Assembly: GCA_021776775.1 (NCBI GenBank)
Contig: JAJFFE010000316.1
Span: 617 to 64,616 of the forward strand
Direction of reading: 5' to 3'
Length of the DNA stretch: 64,000 bases
Source of the DNA: Planctomycetota bacterium
GTDB lineage: Bacteria > Planctomycetota > UBA8108 > UBA1146 > JAJFFE01
Shown: positions 8,497 through 18,411 of the stretch, one piece after another
How positions within the stretch are numbered: the stretch's first letter is position 1
Layout of the letters: each line of letters opens with the position of its first letter
Made by a program: the position numbers and the translations under genes
The notes under the pieces: generated by a model
Databases searched by the model: none
Told to the model about the DNA's origin: nothing
What the model saw: the letters and a program-made list of their open reading frames with translations, nothing else

Positions 8497-9388
8497 CGCG
8501 ATCCCGGCGATGCTGAATCTCGGTTTCACGCTACCAACTCTGGCGGGCTTCCACGCCGGTCAGCTCCGGGTCGTTGCCCGCGTAGAACGTTCGCGGACCA
8601 CGTGCCAATTCCAGCCAGCGTGCAATGGCGTGACCCGGACTATCGGGTGAACCCGTGGGGGGCGCGGAGAACGTGGGTCGGGTAACGCAACGATCCGAGA
8701 TCGCGGGCCAGGGCGGACCGCTGATCCCGCTTCGATTGCCTTCGGCTCAGCGGGGCGGTCCTTAGGGCTTGTCGCACCCGCCACCGCTGAGATCGGGTCA
8801 GAGTTCGACCTTCGAGTCGTAATGGACAACGACGCGTACCCGGCAGGAACGGGGACCGTCGATCACAACGTCCGCGCGCTCACGTTCGGATTGAGCGCGG
8901 ATTGTGACTACGACACGCTGCTTGGGACCCTACCGGAGAATCCTGGCGAGATAGGGTCCGGAGTTGCGTTCTCGGACGGGGCGGGGGCCCATCTCGCAGT
9001 GTTTTGGTACGGTCGATACTCACGGCCCGGAAGGGATACCGAGCCCGAGCAGAGGAGTATCGCGACCGCCAAACCTCGTCCGGATCCGGACGAGGTGGCC
9101 CATCCGCATCTCCGACAGGGATCACATAGCCCCCAGCAACATCCACATATCCCAACCAACCCGCAACGGAGTCGGGCCCACGCGCTGCCCTTCGCCCGGA
9201 ACAGACTCGTTTACGCCCCGATGCACCGTCACTCGTTCTTCCCCGAGCTTGTTCGCCAATCCGCTCCCCGGCGTCCGACCTCACTCGCGTGCCTCATAGT
9301 CGGTGGCGAGCCATCGACTCGACTATCGCCAACCCACTGGTGTTCGAGCCACGCCACGATGCGCTCGTCTTCTTCGTAGTTGCTCGCG

Positions 9389-11884
9389 CTAGGATCCGGT
9401 CCCGAGTTTGGGAGTCGGCCGCTCGGGCGGGGGTTCGCCGTACAAGATCGCCTCGTACGTGGCCACTTCGAATGGCTTCTCGAGCCGCTTGAACAGCGTG
9501 ATGAGATGCTCGAGCGTGCTTTGAGATCGGGGGTGGTGGGGCCCGATTTCACGGAGCTGAATGCTCCACGCGTGGAGCAGCGCTTGTTTGGCTCCGTCCA
9601 GATCGCCCGCACCTATGAGACATGCGCCCTGCAGCGAATAGGATGCTGCCGCAGAGACTGAGTCCTTGCCGTGTAGTGTTTCGATGAGCTCGGTCGATTC
9701 TTGGTAGTACGTCGCCGCTTCGGCGTGCTCGCCGCGATAGACCAAGCAGTCGGCGAGGCCGCGAATCGGCATGATCATGTTCACCGTCGGGCGATCGAAG
9801 TCGAGGCGCGCGCGTTGGTCGCGAAACAGCGCCTCCGCGCGAGCGATCTCGCCACTTCGCATGAGCGCGTGCGCGTAACCGCTCTCGGCTCGCATGCGCA
9901 ACGGGTGGCTATCGCGATACTCTTTCTTCAATGATTCGATCGCTGAAACGTAGAGCTGCTCCGACTCGTCACTGTCGTTCGTGAACGGTGCGAAGTCGAG
10001 CATTGCAATGATGACGCGCCGTTCGGAGGGATCGCCGCTTCGAATGATCTTGTAGGTGACCTCGCGGAGTTGTTGGATCCCATCCAGACTCTTCTTCGGA
10101 TCGATCGAATAGGCGAGCAGTCTGGCGAGGGACCGCTCTGTGGACAATCGGCGCGGGTGTAGTTCAGGAAGAATGCGTTCACCAATAGCACGGCTTCGGC
10201 GCAGGATCTCCTTGGCGCGGTCGTAGTCGTGTTCTCCGCTGTATATGTCGGCGAGCGCGTTCAGCATGTCGACCGTATCGGTGTGCTCTTCTCCGTTCAG
10301 GTCGATGGTGTCGGCCAAGCACTCCTCGGCGAATGGGATCGCCTTGCCGGGCATGCCGTTGTGATTGAGGGCGCGGGCGATGGCAGAGAGGAGGTCGAGA
10401 CGGAGTTGCTTGCGGTGCGCGAATTCGACGCGTACCTGCTCGCCCATCGATACCAGCAGGTCGACGAGTTTGACGTCGGGACCTTCGAGGTCAGGAGAGG
10501 GCGCGGTGAACACCCTCATCAAGAACTGGTTTATCTCGTTGGCTCGCGTCGCCTCGTTCTGGGCTTGAATCGCCGCAAGCTCTGCTTTGCCTTTTTCTCG
10601 AAGGGCGAGCACGGTTCCGATCGACAGCGCGATGATCGCGACCGCCATTGCGCCGAGGATGGCGCGGTGGCGTTTGGTGTACTTGGTCAGTAGATAGATC
10701 GTGCTTGCGGGTCGTGCCGAGATCGGTTCGTTGTGGCGGTAGCGGCGAAGATCGGCCGAGAACTCCGAGACCGTCTGGTACCGGCGATCCCGTTCCTTGG
10801 CCAGAGCCTTGGCGACAATGGTCGCCAAGTCGCCGCGGTACGCTCGATCGACAGAATGCAGCGACAGGGCGTCTACTTCCTTGATGATGCTGATCGCTTC
10901 GTGAAGCGTCTTGCCCTTCACGTCGTTGGGCAGGCTCCCCGCGAGCAGCTCGAACAGCACGACGCCGAGGGAATAGACGTCCGATCGTGTGTCGAGAAGA
11001 TCCGGATCCCCGCTTGCCTGCTCTGGGCTCATGTACTGAACCGTACCGAGGATTTGACCGGCGTAGGTATGCGGGGCGGCTTCGTCGTCACTGTCGGACG
11101 AGAAGACGCGCGCGACGCCGAAGTCGAGCACCTTTACCCGGCCGGACTCGTCGACCAAGATGTTGGCCGGCTTCAGGTCTCGGTGGATGACTCCCTTTTG
11201 GTGGGCGTGTTGAACCGCTTCGCAGATTTGCTGGAAGAGTTCGAGTTTAGCGTCGGTATCGAGACTGTGGATCGTAACGAACTTCGTAATGGAGACGCCT
11301 TGCACGAACTCCATGGCGAAGAACGGGATGCGCTGGCCGTTCCCGGTAGCGGTCCCCGCCTCGAAAACACGGGCAATGTTCGGGTGCTCGAGCAGTCCGA
11401 GCACTTGGGATTCGTGCTCGAAGCGACGCTCGGCGCTCTGCGACGGAAACGCGCTGCGCATCACTTTCAGCGCGACCGTGCGCTTGGGGCTGTCCTGCTC
11501 GGCGCGATAGACCACGCCCATTCCGCCTTCGCCGATCGGTTCGATCAAGCGGTAGTGACCGACCCGCTGTCCCGGTTCGAGTTCGTTCTCTTGGAGCAGT
11601 GCGTGGATGGCGATCGGGTCGGGATCGAGCAGAGGTGTTTCGGACGCGTCACATTCCAGGAGCGCGTGCAGCTCGGCGCGAACGGTCGAGTCTTCCAGCG
11701 CTTCGAGGAACTGCTCCCGAGCTTCACCGACCAACTCCACGGCACGATCGAAGAGCGACTCGAGTTCGCGATCGCTGGGTAAGGTCGGTTTTCGTGACAC
11801 AGTTCGTTCCCCCCAGCCCGGATTCACCGCCGTTGAATGGTCGCCCGATCGCTCAATGATACGGGTGGCGACGACGACTTCCAC
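9389..11884 (-). CDS. Serine/threonine protein kinase with transmembrane segment and C-terminal TPR-like domain
   Basis: Hanks kinase motifs GHYRLIEPIGEGGMGVVYRA, VALKV, HRDLKPANILV, DFGVA, GTVQYMSPE. TM ILGAMAVAIIALSIGTVLAL. The long C-terminal helical repeat region is TPR-like. An alternative GTG start at 11800 has a GGGGGGAA SD. Confidence 0.9.
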   Translation of the reverse strand: MEVVVATRIIERSGDHSTAVNPGWGERTVSRKPTLPSDRELESLFDRAVELVGEAREQFLEALEDSTVRAELHALLECDASETPLLDPDPIAIHALLQENELEPGQRVGHYRLIEPIGEGGMGVVYRAEQDSPKRTVALKVMRSAFPSQSAERRFEHESQVLGLLEHPNIARVFEAGTATGNGQRIPFFAMEFVQGVSITKFVTIHSLDTDAKLELFQQICEAVQHAHQKGVIHRDLKPANILVDESGRVKVLDFGVARVFSSDSDDEAAPHTYAGQILGTVQYMSPEQASGDPDLLDTRSDVYSLGVVLFELLAGSLPNDVKGKTLHEAISIIKEVDALSLHSVDRAYRGDLATIVAKALAKERDRRYQTVSEFSADLRRYRHNEPISARPASTIYLLTKYTKRHRAILGAMAVAIIALSIGTVLALREKGKAELAAIQAQNEATRANEINQFLMRVFTAPSPDLEGPDVKLVDLLVSMGEQVRVEFAHRKQLRLDLLSAIARALNHNGMPGKAIPFAEECLADTIDLNGEEHTDTVDMLNALADIYSGEHDYDRAKEILRRSRAIGERILPELHPRRLSTERSLARLLAYSIDPKKSLDGIQQLREVTYKIIRSGDPSERRVIIAMLDFAPFTNDSDESEQLYVSAIESLKKEYRDSHPLRMRAESGYAHALMRSGEIARAEALFRDQRARLDFDRPTVNMIMPIRGLADCLVYRGEHAEAATYYQESTELIETLHGKDSVSAAASYSLQGACLIGAGDLDGAKQALLHAWSIQLREIGPHHPRSQSTLEHLITLFKRLEKPFEVATYEAILYGEPPPERPTPKLGTGS

Positions 11885-11983
11885 CGCGCGGTTCGTGCTC
11901 GGTCTGCGTCATGGATTTCCGAAAGTGACGATCCGGCGAAGCGTTGGAGTGTCCAGCCGCGCAATGACCGCGACTTCGAGCGC

Positions 11984-12823
11984 TCAGCGACTCAGGCTCG
12001 GAAGCATCCAGGTGGGCGAGTGTTCGTGATGAGTCACTCCCGCGACTCCGGTGCTGACAAGGGCAGAGTCGATCCCGGCCGCGTTGGCGCCCGCGATGTC
12101 GGTACCGAGCTGATCACCGATCATGATGACGTTGCGCGTACCGACACGCGACAGAGCGGACTCGAAGATTGGCGCTCCCGGTTTGCCGAGGTGCGTGAAA
12201 CGCCACTCGGCTTTGGGATAGCGTGTCTCGAGCGCCGCTTCCAAGAGCAGCGCGATTCCACCCGCCGTGAACCCGAACGAGCCTTCGGCTCGCGGATAGA
12301 TGACGTCTGGGTTCGGGAGCAGCAGGTGCACCGTGTCGCCGCGATCGAGCCTTCGGTATAGCGCGCTCAACGTGTCATCGAGGCTGTCGATGAACGAGTA
12401 GCCCTTCGCGCCGCACGGGATCACCACGTCGAACTCGGCTTGCGGTGACGGGGCGACGATCGTGGCGCCGAGTGACTCGACGAACGAAACCGCGCTCGGG
12501 CCGCCGAGCACCAGTGCACGGGGATTCGTCAAGCCGTGGTCGCTAAAGTGCTCGCCGATCAACGATCCCGAGCTGATGACGCGTTCGACAGGGATGGGAA
12601 TGCCGTACCCGGCGTATCGTTCTGAGCACTCTTGCGGAGAACGTGACGCGTCGTTGGTCAGGATGTAGTACGGCCGATCGTACGACTCCAAATGCTCGAT
12701 GAGAGCGTCGGCTCCCGGGATGGGGCCGTCGTCGTGGACTAGTACGCCGTATGCGTCGAAGAAGATCGCTTCGTAGCGATCGAGGATCTCACTCATCGAA
12801 ATGGTCGGAGTGTCGTGCGTCAT
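11984..12823 (-). CDS. HAD-superfamily hydrolase, subfamily IIA (NagD/sugar-phosphate phosphatase-like)
   Basis: N-terminal FFDAYGVL (DxDG-type motif I), ILTNDAS (motif II) and C-terminal IGDQLGTDIAGANAAG (motif IV). Confidence 0.8.
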   Translation of the reverse strand: MTHDTPTISMSEILDRYEAIFFDAYGVLVHDDGPIPGADALIEHLESYDRPYYILTNDASRSPQECSERYAGYGIPIPVERVISSGSLIGEHFSDHGLTNPRALVLGGPSAVSFVESLGATIVAPSPQAEFDVVIPCGAKGYSFIDSLDDTLSALYRRLDRGDTVHLLLPNPDVIYPRAEGSFGFTAGGIALLLEAALETRYPKAEWRFTHLGKPGAPIFESALSRVGTRNVIMIGDQLGTDIAGANAAGIDSALVSTGVAGVTHHEHSPTWMLPSLSR

Positions 12824-13923
12824 AGTTCACTTTCGATGAGTTTGGCCAACAGCGCCGCGCTTCGCGGCCAGCGGTAACGGTCGATTCGATCCTGGCGCCG
12901 CAGATCCAACGCTGCGCGTTGATCTTCGTCGGTCAACAGCGTCTCCAGCCCGCGCGCGATCGACGCGGGTTGTAGTGGATCGCAGTACAGAACGCTATCG
13001 CCCAACACCTCGGGCAGGCTCGACCCGTCTGAAACCAGGCAGACCGTTCCGCACGCCAACGCTTCCAACGGCGGGAGCCCGAACCCTTCGTAGAGCGAAG
13101 GGTAGAGGAACGCGCGCGCCGACGTGTACAGCGCGGCTAGTGTCTCGTCATCGACGTCTTGCAGTTCGACGATGTCTTCTGAGCCGCGAACGCCGTCATG
13201 AGCGAAGATCGCTCCGCCGCCTCCGACGACGACGAGCTTGTGTCGCGACCGGAGGTCGTGACCGAGCAGTCGCCACGCTTGCACGCTACCGGCCACGTTC
13301 TTCCGAGGATTGCCGCCCCCCATTGTCAGCACGTACTCGCCGAGTTCGGTGACGGCCGGGGTGGGGGCACGCGGACTCCAGAACGGATCGACTCCGCACG
13401 GCACGACCGAGACGGTCTCTCGGTCGGCGATGCCGAATCGGTCGAGTTCTTCTCGGCTGAACTCGCTGTCCGTGATGACTCGACGGACGCGCCGCGCGAG
13501 GCGCGGCCACGTCAGGCGGGTGTAAGTCCGAAACGGCCACGAGAACCAGTCGTTGCTCGCGAACGGTGAAGCGTCGTGCAGGGTTAACAGTTGGTTGGCG
13601 AGGACCAGCGGTCCCATGTTGCACGGCGACCAGAGTAGATCGATCGAGTGCCGGCGACAGAGGACCGGCAGTTTCATCTGTACCCAAGCCGGCAGCGGCA
13701 GCGAGGAGTTGTCGCGCACGACGTGGTCGGCGATCGACTCCGACGGCGCCACGCCCGGGGCGAGGATCACCGTTTCGAAGGAGCGATCATCGAGGTCGGT
13801 CAAGGCGCGAGTCAGTTCGCGGGCGTAGCGCTGCACTCCGGTTTGTCGCTGCGCGAGGAAGCTACCGTTGATCCCGAGGCGGCGCGCTCGGCGAGCCTTT
13901 GGCTGTGTCACGAACGAACCCAT
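12820..13923 (-). CDS. Glycosyltransferase family 4 (GT-B, group 1)
   Basis: C-terminal EGFGLPPLEALACGTVCLVSDGSSLPEV motif. 4-nt overlap with the HAD gene. Confidence 0.85.
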   Translation of the reverse strand: MGSFVTQPKARRARRLGINGSFLAQRQTGVQRYARELTRALTDLDDRSFETVILAPGVAPSESIADHVVRDNSSLPLPAWVQMKLPVLCRRHSIDLLWSPCNMGPLVLANQLLTLHDASPFASNDWFSWPFRTYTRLTWPRLARRVRRVITDSEFSREELDRFGIADRETVSVVPCGVDPFWSPRAPTPAVTELGEYVLTMGGGNPRKNVAGSVQAWRLLGHDLRSRHKLVVVGGGGAIFAHDGVRGSEDIVELQDVDDETLAALYTSARAFLYPSLYEGFGLPPLEALACGTVCLVSDGSSLPEVLGDSVLYCDPLQPASIARGLETLLTDEDQRAALDLRRQDRIDRYRWPRSAALLAKLIESEL

Positions 13924-15638
13924 CCGAGTTCCTCGGCGGGGTAGCAGAACGAGGTACCGGTCAGTATTCCGTCGCAGACGACGTCGAGTCCCCGGCTCGA
14001 TCCCGGCTCGAGTTCGGCGAGTGATCCCACCGCCGGTCGGTAAGGCGGGTCGCCCGCGGTCGCTTCCATGAACTCGATCGGAATCATCCGGCGGAAGAAG
14101 ATGTGGTACGCGTAGCGCCGTGCCCGTTCGAGCCGCTCCTCGTCGAGCGGGTCGAGCGGAAGCTGCGTCAGAAGTTCGGCGTACTCTTCACGGCTGGCGG
14201 CGTCGTACGTAAACCCTTTGCCTCGAACCCACGCTTCGCCGGCGACGATGACCGGTTTGCCGGTGGCCGCCAACTCGACACCGGTCTTGGTTCCGTAGAT
14301 GAGCGCGGCGTTGCATTGATCGAGTAGCGCGTAGGTGCTGACTTCGCTCTCCGGCGGAACAATGCTCACGTTCGCGGGCAGGACTGGGAATGCGCGTTCG
14401 ACTTCGTCGACCACTCGTTGTCGTGACGGCAGCGTGCCACGGATCTCGGCGGGGTGGACGCGAATGACCAGGTGCAAGTCGGGGCGTGACGCGAAGTGAT
14501 CAATCGTTTCGAGGACCCAGTGCATCATGGACTCGAACGCGTTGGCCGCGTAGTGCAGCTGCGCATCCCAGATGACGTTTGTGAGCAGACCGATCACCGG
14601 TTTGTCGAGCGGGATCTTCGCTTCGCGGGTGATCGACTCGAGCGCTTCGCGCGGGCGATTGTGAAACCAGATCCAATCCTCGGTGCCCCGGCGTCGGCTG
14701 TCGAGGTAGGTGAGCAGCGCGTCACGTTCTTCGTCGCCGAACGGGATCGACTCCCACTCCGACGTCGGCTCGTCGAGGAGCGTGTGGTGATACGTATCGT
14801 CGTGGCTGAAGATGAAGCACTGCTTGCGATAGGCCGGCGTCCAATTCACGACGCGCAACCCGACGGCTCGGGCGACCGCTCCGATGATTCCCTGCGGCAC
14901 GTAGATCCCGTGGTGGAACGCGGTCGCCGTGTAGTCGTGTTCGGCGAAGAGTCGGCGGCTCACGGTGGCGGTGGTGAGCGCCGCGCGAAAGTAGCGTCGC
15001 AGGACCGCGTCGCCGGTCGGCTCCGATTCCAGATCTCCGCGGGCGAAGAACCGTAACGCGCCAGCGAGTGCGTGCTCTCCGGTGGGAACGCCGTCGAGTT
15101 GGTGGGCGCGGATTTGTTCCACTGTGAGGTCTCGAGCGAGCGCGGTGTGCTGGCCGAGTTCTTCCGGCGTGATCCAATCGCTGTAACGGTGGACGCGGAA
15201 TCCGAGTTCTTCGAAGTAGCGTTGGCCGGGTTTGAAGCAGCCGCCGCAAAGGTCGGCTTGCGGCCCGTGCTGGGCGAACGACGCCGGGTCGGCATGGGCT
15301 CTTACTTCGCACCGTTGGCACGCGTCGAGGATTCCGTCGCAAAGGAGCACGTCGACGTCCGCGCCGCGCAGCGTGAGCGCCATCCCGAGCACGCTTTCGA
15401 GCGTCGTCCCCGCCCAGTATCCACCGAGGCTGGTGGCGAGGAGTATGCGAGGACTGGGCGGGTTGGATGGTCCGGGAGCGCGCTGCGCGCACGATTGCCA
15501 CTTATCCCAATCGGGGCCGAGCAGCGCCGACCACCGGGGGTAGGCCGAGGTCCGGCCGCGGTACCAGCGAACCAGCCGGCGCAGTGTGCGAAACCGTCGT
15601 AACGTCTCGCGCACGTTCACGCTCCGTTCGGGGGGCAA
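13908..15638 (-). CDS. GT-B fold glycosyltransferase-like protein, possibly KpsS/KpsC (Capsule_synth) family ulosonic-acid transferase
   Basis: 576 aa. Rossmann-like halves: RILLATSLGGYWAGTTLESVLGMALTLRGADVDVLL and KPVIGLLTNVIWDAQLHY...HLVIRVHP...ALIYGTKTGVELAATGKPVIVAG. The family call is tentative. Confidence 0.55.
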   Translation of the reverse strand: MPPERSVNVRETLRRFRTLRRLVRWYRGRTSAYPRWSALLGPDWDKWQSCAQRAPGPSNPPSPRILLATSLGGYWAGTTLESVLGMALTLRGADVDVLLCDGILDACQRCEVRAHADPASFAQHGPQADLCGGCFKPGQRYFEELGFRVHRYSDWITPEELGQHTALARDLTVEQIRAHQLDGVPTGEHALAGALRFFARGDLESEPTGDAVLRRYFRAALTTATVSRRLFAEHDYTATAFHHGIYVPQGIIGAVARAVGLRVVNWTPAYRKQCFIFSHDDTYHHTLLDEPTSEWESIPFGDEERDALLTYLDSRRRGTEDWIWFHNRPREALESITREAKIPLDKPVIGLLTNVIWDAQLHYAANAFESMMHWVLETIDHFASRPDLHLVIRVHPAEIRGTLPSRQRVVDEVERAFPVLPANVSIVPPESEVSTYALLDQCNAALIYGTKTGVELAATGKPVIVAGEAWVRGKGFTYDAASREEYAELLTQLPLDPLDEERLERARRYAYHIFFRRMIPIEFMEATAGDPPYRPAVGSLAELEPGSSRGLDVVCDGILTGTSFCYPAEELGWVRS

Positions 15639-15901
15639 CGAGGTTTCTCGAGCGGAGTTGCGTGCGGTTCACGTGCTCGAGTTGGGGACCGCATTCTCGG
15701 AATCGATGCGGAGGGTTGCAAGGCAAACAACGGTTCGTGAGAGAGCTCTGTTTTCTGGCGCAACCGTCCACTATCCCTTGCACATCCGTTCCCTCGATGT
15801 AGAGTGAAACTGCGCGTGGCATGCGTTCTAGCAAGTACTGATCTTGTTGAGACTTCAGTCGTGTTCCGCGAGCCTGCACTCACCAAATCCATTGCCATAA
15901 C

Positions 15902-16798
15902 TTGGGGTCGATCAAGCGCATGACGAGCAATCAGGGAGACTCTCCCACCACGGGCGAGGCTCGCACTCGCAGTGTGTCCGCGGACAAAGCCACCGGTCGT
16001 TGGGCCCTCGACGAACGCGTCGCGATGGTCACCGGGGCGTGCGGCAAGCTGGGTCCGATTTGGGTGCGCGCGCTTCTCGAGACCGGTGCCCGCGTCGCGG
16101 CGCTCGATCTCGCGTCGGCCGAAGCTTCCGGGCCGTACTCCGAACTCGCCGCTCACTATCCTGATCAGTTGCAACGTTTCGACGTCGACGTAACGTCACG
16201 CGATTCGTTGACCGAGGCTCGGGACGCAGTGGAAGAACGGTTCGGGCCGGTCTCGGTCGTGGTTAACAACGCGGGTATCGATCAACCGCCCGGAGCGCCG
16301 TCGCAGTCGTTTACCGTGGAAGACATTCCCGAGGACGTTTGCCGGCAAGTGCTCGAAGTGAACCTGATCGGGCTGTTTCTCACTACTCAGGTTTTTCTTC
16401 CGTCGATCAAACGGGCTGGCGGCGGATCGATCATCAACATCGGGTCGATCTACGGTCATGTCTCTCCCGACGTGCGGCTCTATTCTCACATCGACGTCGA
16501 CCCCCCGTTCTTGAAGCCGCCGATGTACGGCGCCTCGAAGGCGGGCGTCGACAGCTTGACGCGCTATCTGTCGACGCATCTCGCCGCGGACGGAATCCGG
16601 GTCAATTCGTTGGTTCCCGGTGGTGTTCTCGGTGGGCAAGACGACGAGTTCAAACGTAAGTTCTGCGATCGCGTCCCACTGCAGCGAATGGCGACCGCTG
16701 ACGATCTGGTCGGCCCGCTGCTGTTTCTGGCGTCGGACGCCTCTTCCTACGTGACTGGGCAATCGCTCCTGGTCGACGGAGGATTGTCCGTCTGGTGA
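15902..16798 (+). CDS. Short-chain dehydrogenase/reductase (SDR)
   Basis: TGxxxGxG (VTGACGKLG), NNAG and YGASK catalytic motifs. The start may be an internal Met. Confidence 0.85.
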   Translation: MGSIKRMTSNQGDSPTTGEARTRSVSADKATGRWALDERVAMVTGACGKLGPIWVRALLETGARVAALDLASAEASGPYSELAAHYPDQLQRFDVDVTSRDSLTEARDAVEERFGPVSVVVNNAGIDQPPGAPSQSFTVEDIPEDVCRQVLEVNLIGLFLTTQVFLPSIKRAGGGSIINIGSIYGHVSPDVRLYSHIDVDPPFLKPPMYGASKAGVDSLTRYLSTHLAADGIRVNSLVPGGVLGGQDDEFKRKFCDRVPLQRMATADDLVGPLLFLASDASSYVTGQSLLVDGGLSVW

Positions 16799-16886
16799 CA
16801 GTAGCTAGCTTTGAGTGACCGGCTGACTTTAGTTATCCTGAGGTACGCGTGCGCTGTTCGAGCGCCGTCGTGAAAGTAGCGAGGCG

Positions 16887-18359
16887 ATGAAAACGATCCC
16901 CAATTGGATCCGGAACCGTGAAGTGCCGGCCCGCGACGGCCGCACCATCGAGAAGCACGACCCCGCCACCGGCGAGGTGTTGAGCCTCGTGGCACGTAGT
17001 TCCGCCGACGATACCAAGGACGCCATCCAGGCGGCGCGAGATGCGTTTCCCGACTGGAGCACACGCACGCCCGTCGAGCGCGGTGAGATCCTCCGCCGAG
17101 TGGCGCAGATCATGGAAGAGCGTCGCGAAGAGATCGCCAGCATCGTCGCCAAGGAAACTGGCAAGTCGTTCAACGAAGGCTTCGGCGAAACCGGCGCGGC
17201 TATCGAGCAAGGCTACTTCGTCGCGGGCGAGGGTCGCCGGTTCTACGGTAAGACCACGACTAGCGCGGTGCCCGGCAAGATGGCCATGGTGTGGCGGCAG
17301 CCGGTCGGCATCGCTGGTTTGATCATCGCTGCGAACACGCCCATCGCCAACGTCGCGTGGAAAGCGTTCCCCGCCATGTTGTGCGGGAACGGCGTGATCA
17401 TGAAAGCGTCCGAGGACACTCCCGAGACCGCGTTCATCTTTGCTCAAATTTGCAAAGAAGCCGGCGTGCCCGACGGAGTCTTCAACGTGATCCAAGGACT
17501 CGGCGTGGAAGCGGGCGCTCCGCTGGTCGAGTCGCCACACGTCGACCTGGTGAGCTTCACCGGCTCGTGCGGGGTCGGCAAGTGGATCGCCGAGACGGCC
17601 GGAAAGCGACTGGCCAAGGTGTGCCTCGAATTGGGCGGCAAGAACCCGCTCGTGGTCGCGGACGACGCCGACCTCGACAAGGCGGTCGACGGCGCGTGCT
17701 CGGCGGCGTTCTCGAACGCTGGCCAACGGTGCGCGTCGGGTAGCCGGGTCATCGTGTTCGACGCCATCTATGACGCCTTCATGGAGAAGTTCACGGCGGC
17801 GACGGCCAAGCTCAAGGTCGGGACGTCGAACGACAGCTACCTCGGCGGGGTGATCAACGAGCGTCAGCTCATGAACATGATCGCTGCGGTACAGAAATCG
17901 GTGGCCGAAGGCGCCACGCTCGTCGTGGGCGGGGGACGCGTTACCGATCCCGAACTCGCCGGCGGCTACTTCATGCAGCCGACGATCTTGGCCGACGTCG
18001 ATCCCGAAGATGAGATTTCCCGAAGCGAGATCTTTGGCCCGATCACGTGTGTGTATCGGGTGAAGGGCTTCGACGAAGCGGTGGCCATGGCCAACGACAG
18101 TCCATTCGGGTTGACGTCGGCGATCTACACCCAAGACTTGGACCGCGCTATGGTCTTCGTGCAGCGCAGCAGTGCTGGCGTAGCCGCGGTCAACCACCCG
18201 ACGCACGGCAGTGAACCGCACATGCCGTTCGGCGGATTGCGAAACTCCGGCAACGGCACCCGCGAAGCGGGGGCCGAAGCACTCGATGTTTACTCAGAAC
18301 TCAAGACAGTGTACGTGAACACCGACCCCGCTCGCGCCGCGAGTGGCGGGTCCAACTAA
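16887..18359 (+). CDS. NAD(P)+-dependent aldehyde dehydrogenase
   Basis: ALDH signatures ELGGKNP and FSNAGQRCASGSRVIV. 490 aa. Confidence 0.9.
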   Translation: MKTIPNWIRNREVPARDGRTIEKHDPATGEVLSLVARSSADDTKDAIQAARDAFPDWSTRTPVERGEILRRVAQIMEERREEIASIVAKETGKSFNEGFGETGAAIEQGYFVAGEGRRFYGKTTTSAVPGKMAMVWRQPVGIAGLIIAANTPIANVAWKAFPAMLCGNGVIMKASEDTPETAFIFAQICKEAGVPDGVFNVIQGLGVEAGAPLVESPHVDLVSFTGSCGVGKWIAETAGKRLAKVCLELGGKNPLVVADDADLDKAVDGACSAAFSNAGQRCASGSRVIVFDAIYDAFMEKFTAATAKLKVGTSNDSYLGGVINERQLMNMIAAVQKSVAEGATLVVGGGRVTDPELAGGYFMQPTILADVDPEDEISRSEIFGPITCVYRVKGFDEAVAMANDSPFGLTSAIYTQDLDRAMVFVQRSSAGVAAVNHPTHGSEPHMPFGGLRNSGNGTREAGAEALDVYSELKTVYVNTDPARAASGGSN

Positions 18360-18411
18360 CGTGTGATCAATTTCGGCCGCCAAGGCGAGACAGCCAAGGA
18401 GAACCACAGGC

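Noticed and set aside
16833-18221. 462-aa minus-strand ORF antisense to the aldehyde dehydrogenase gene
   Set aside because: No motifs. The ALDH on the plus strand has canonical catalytic signatures.
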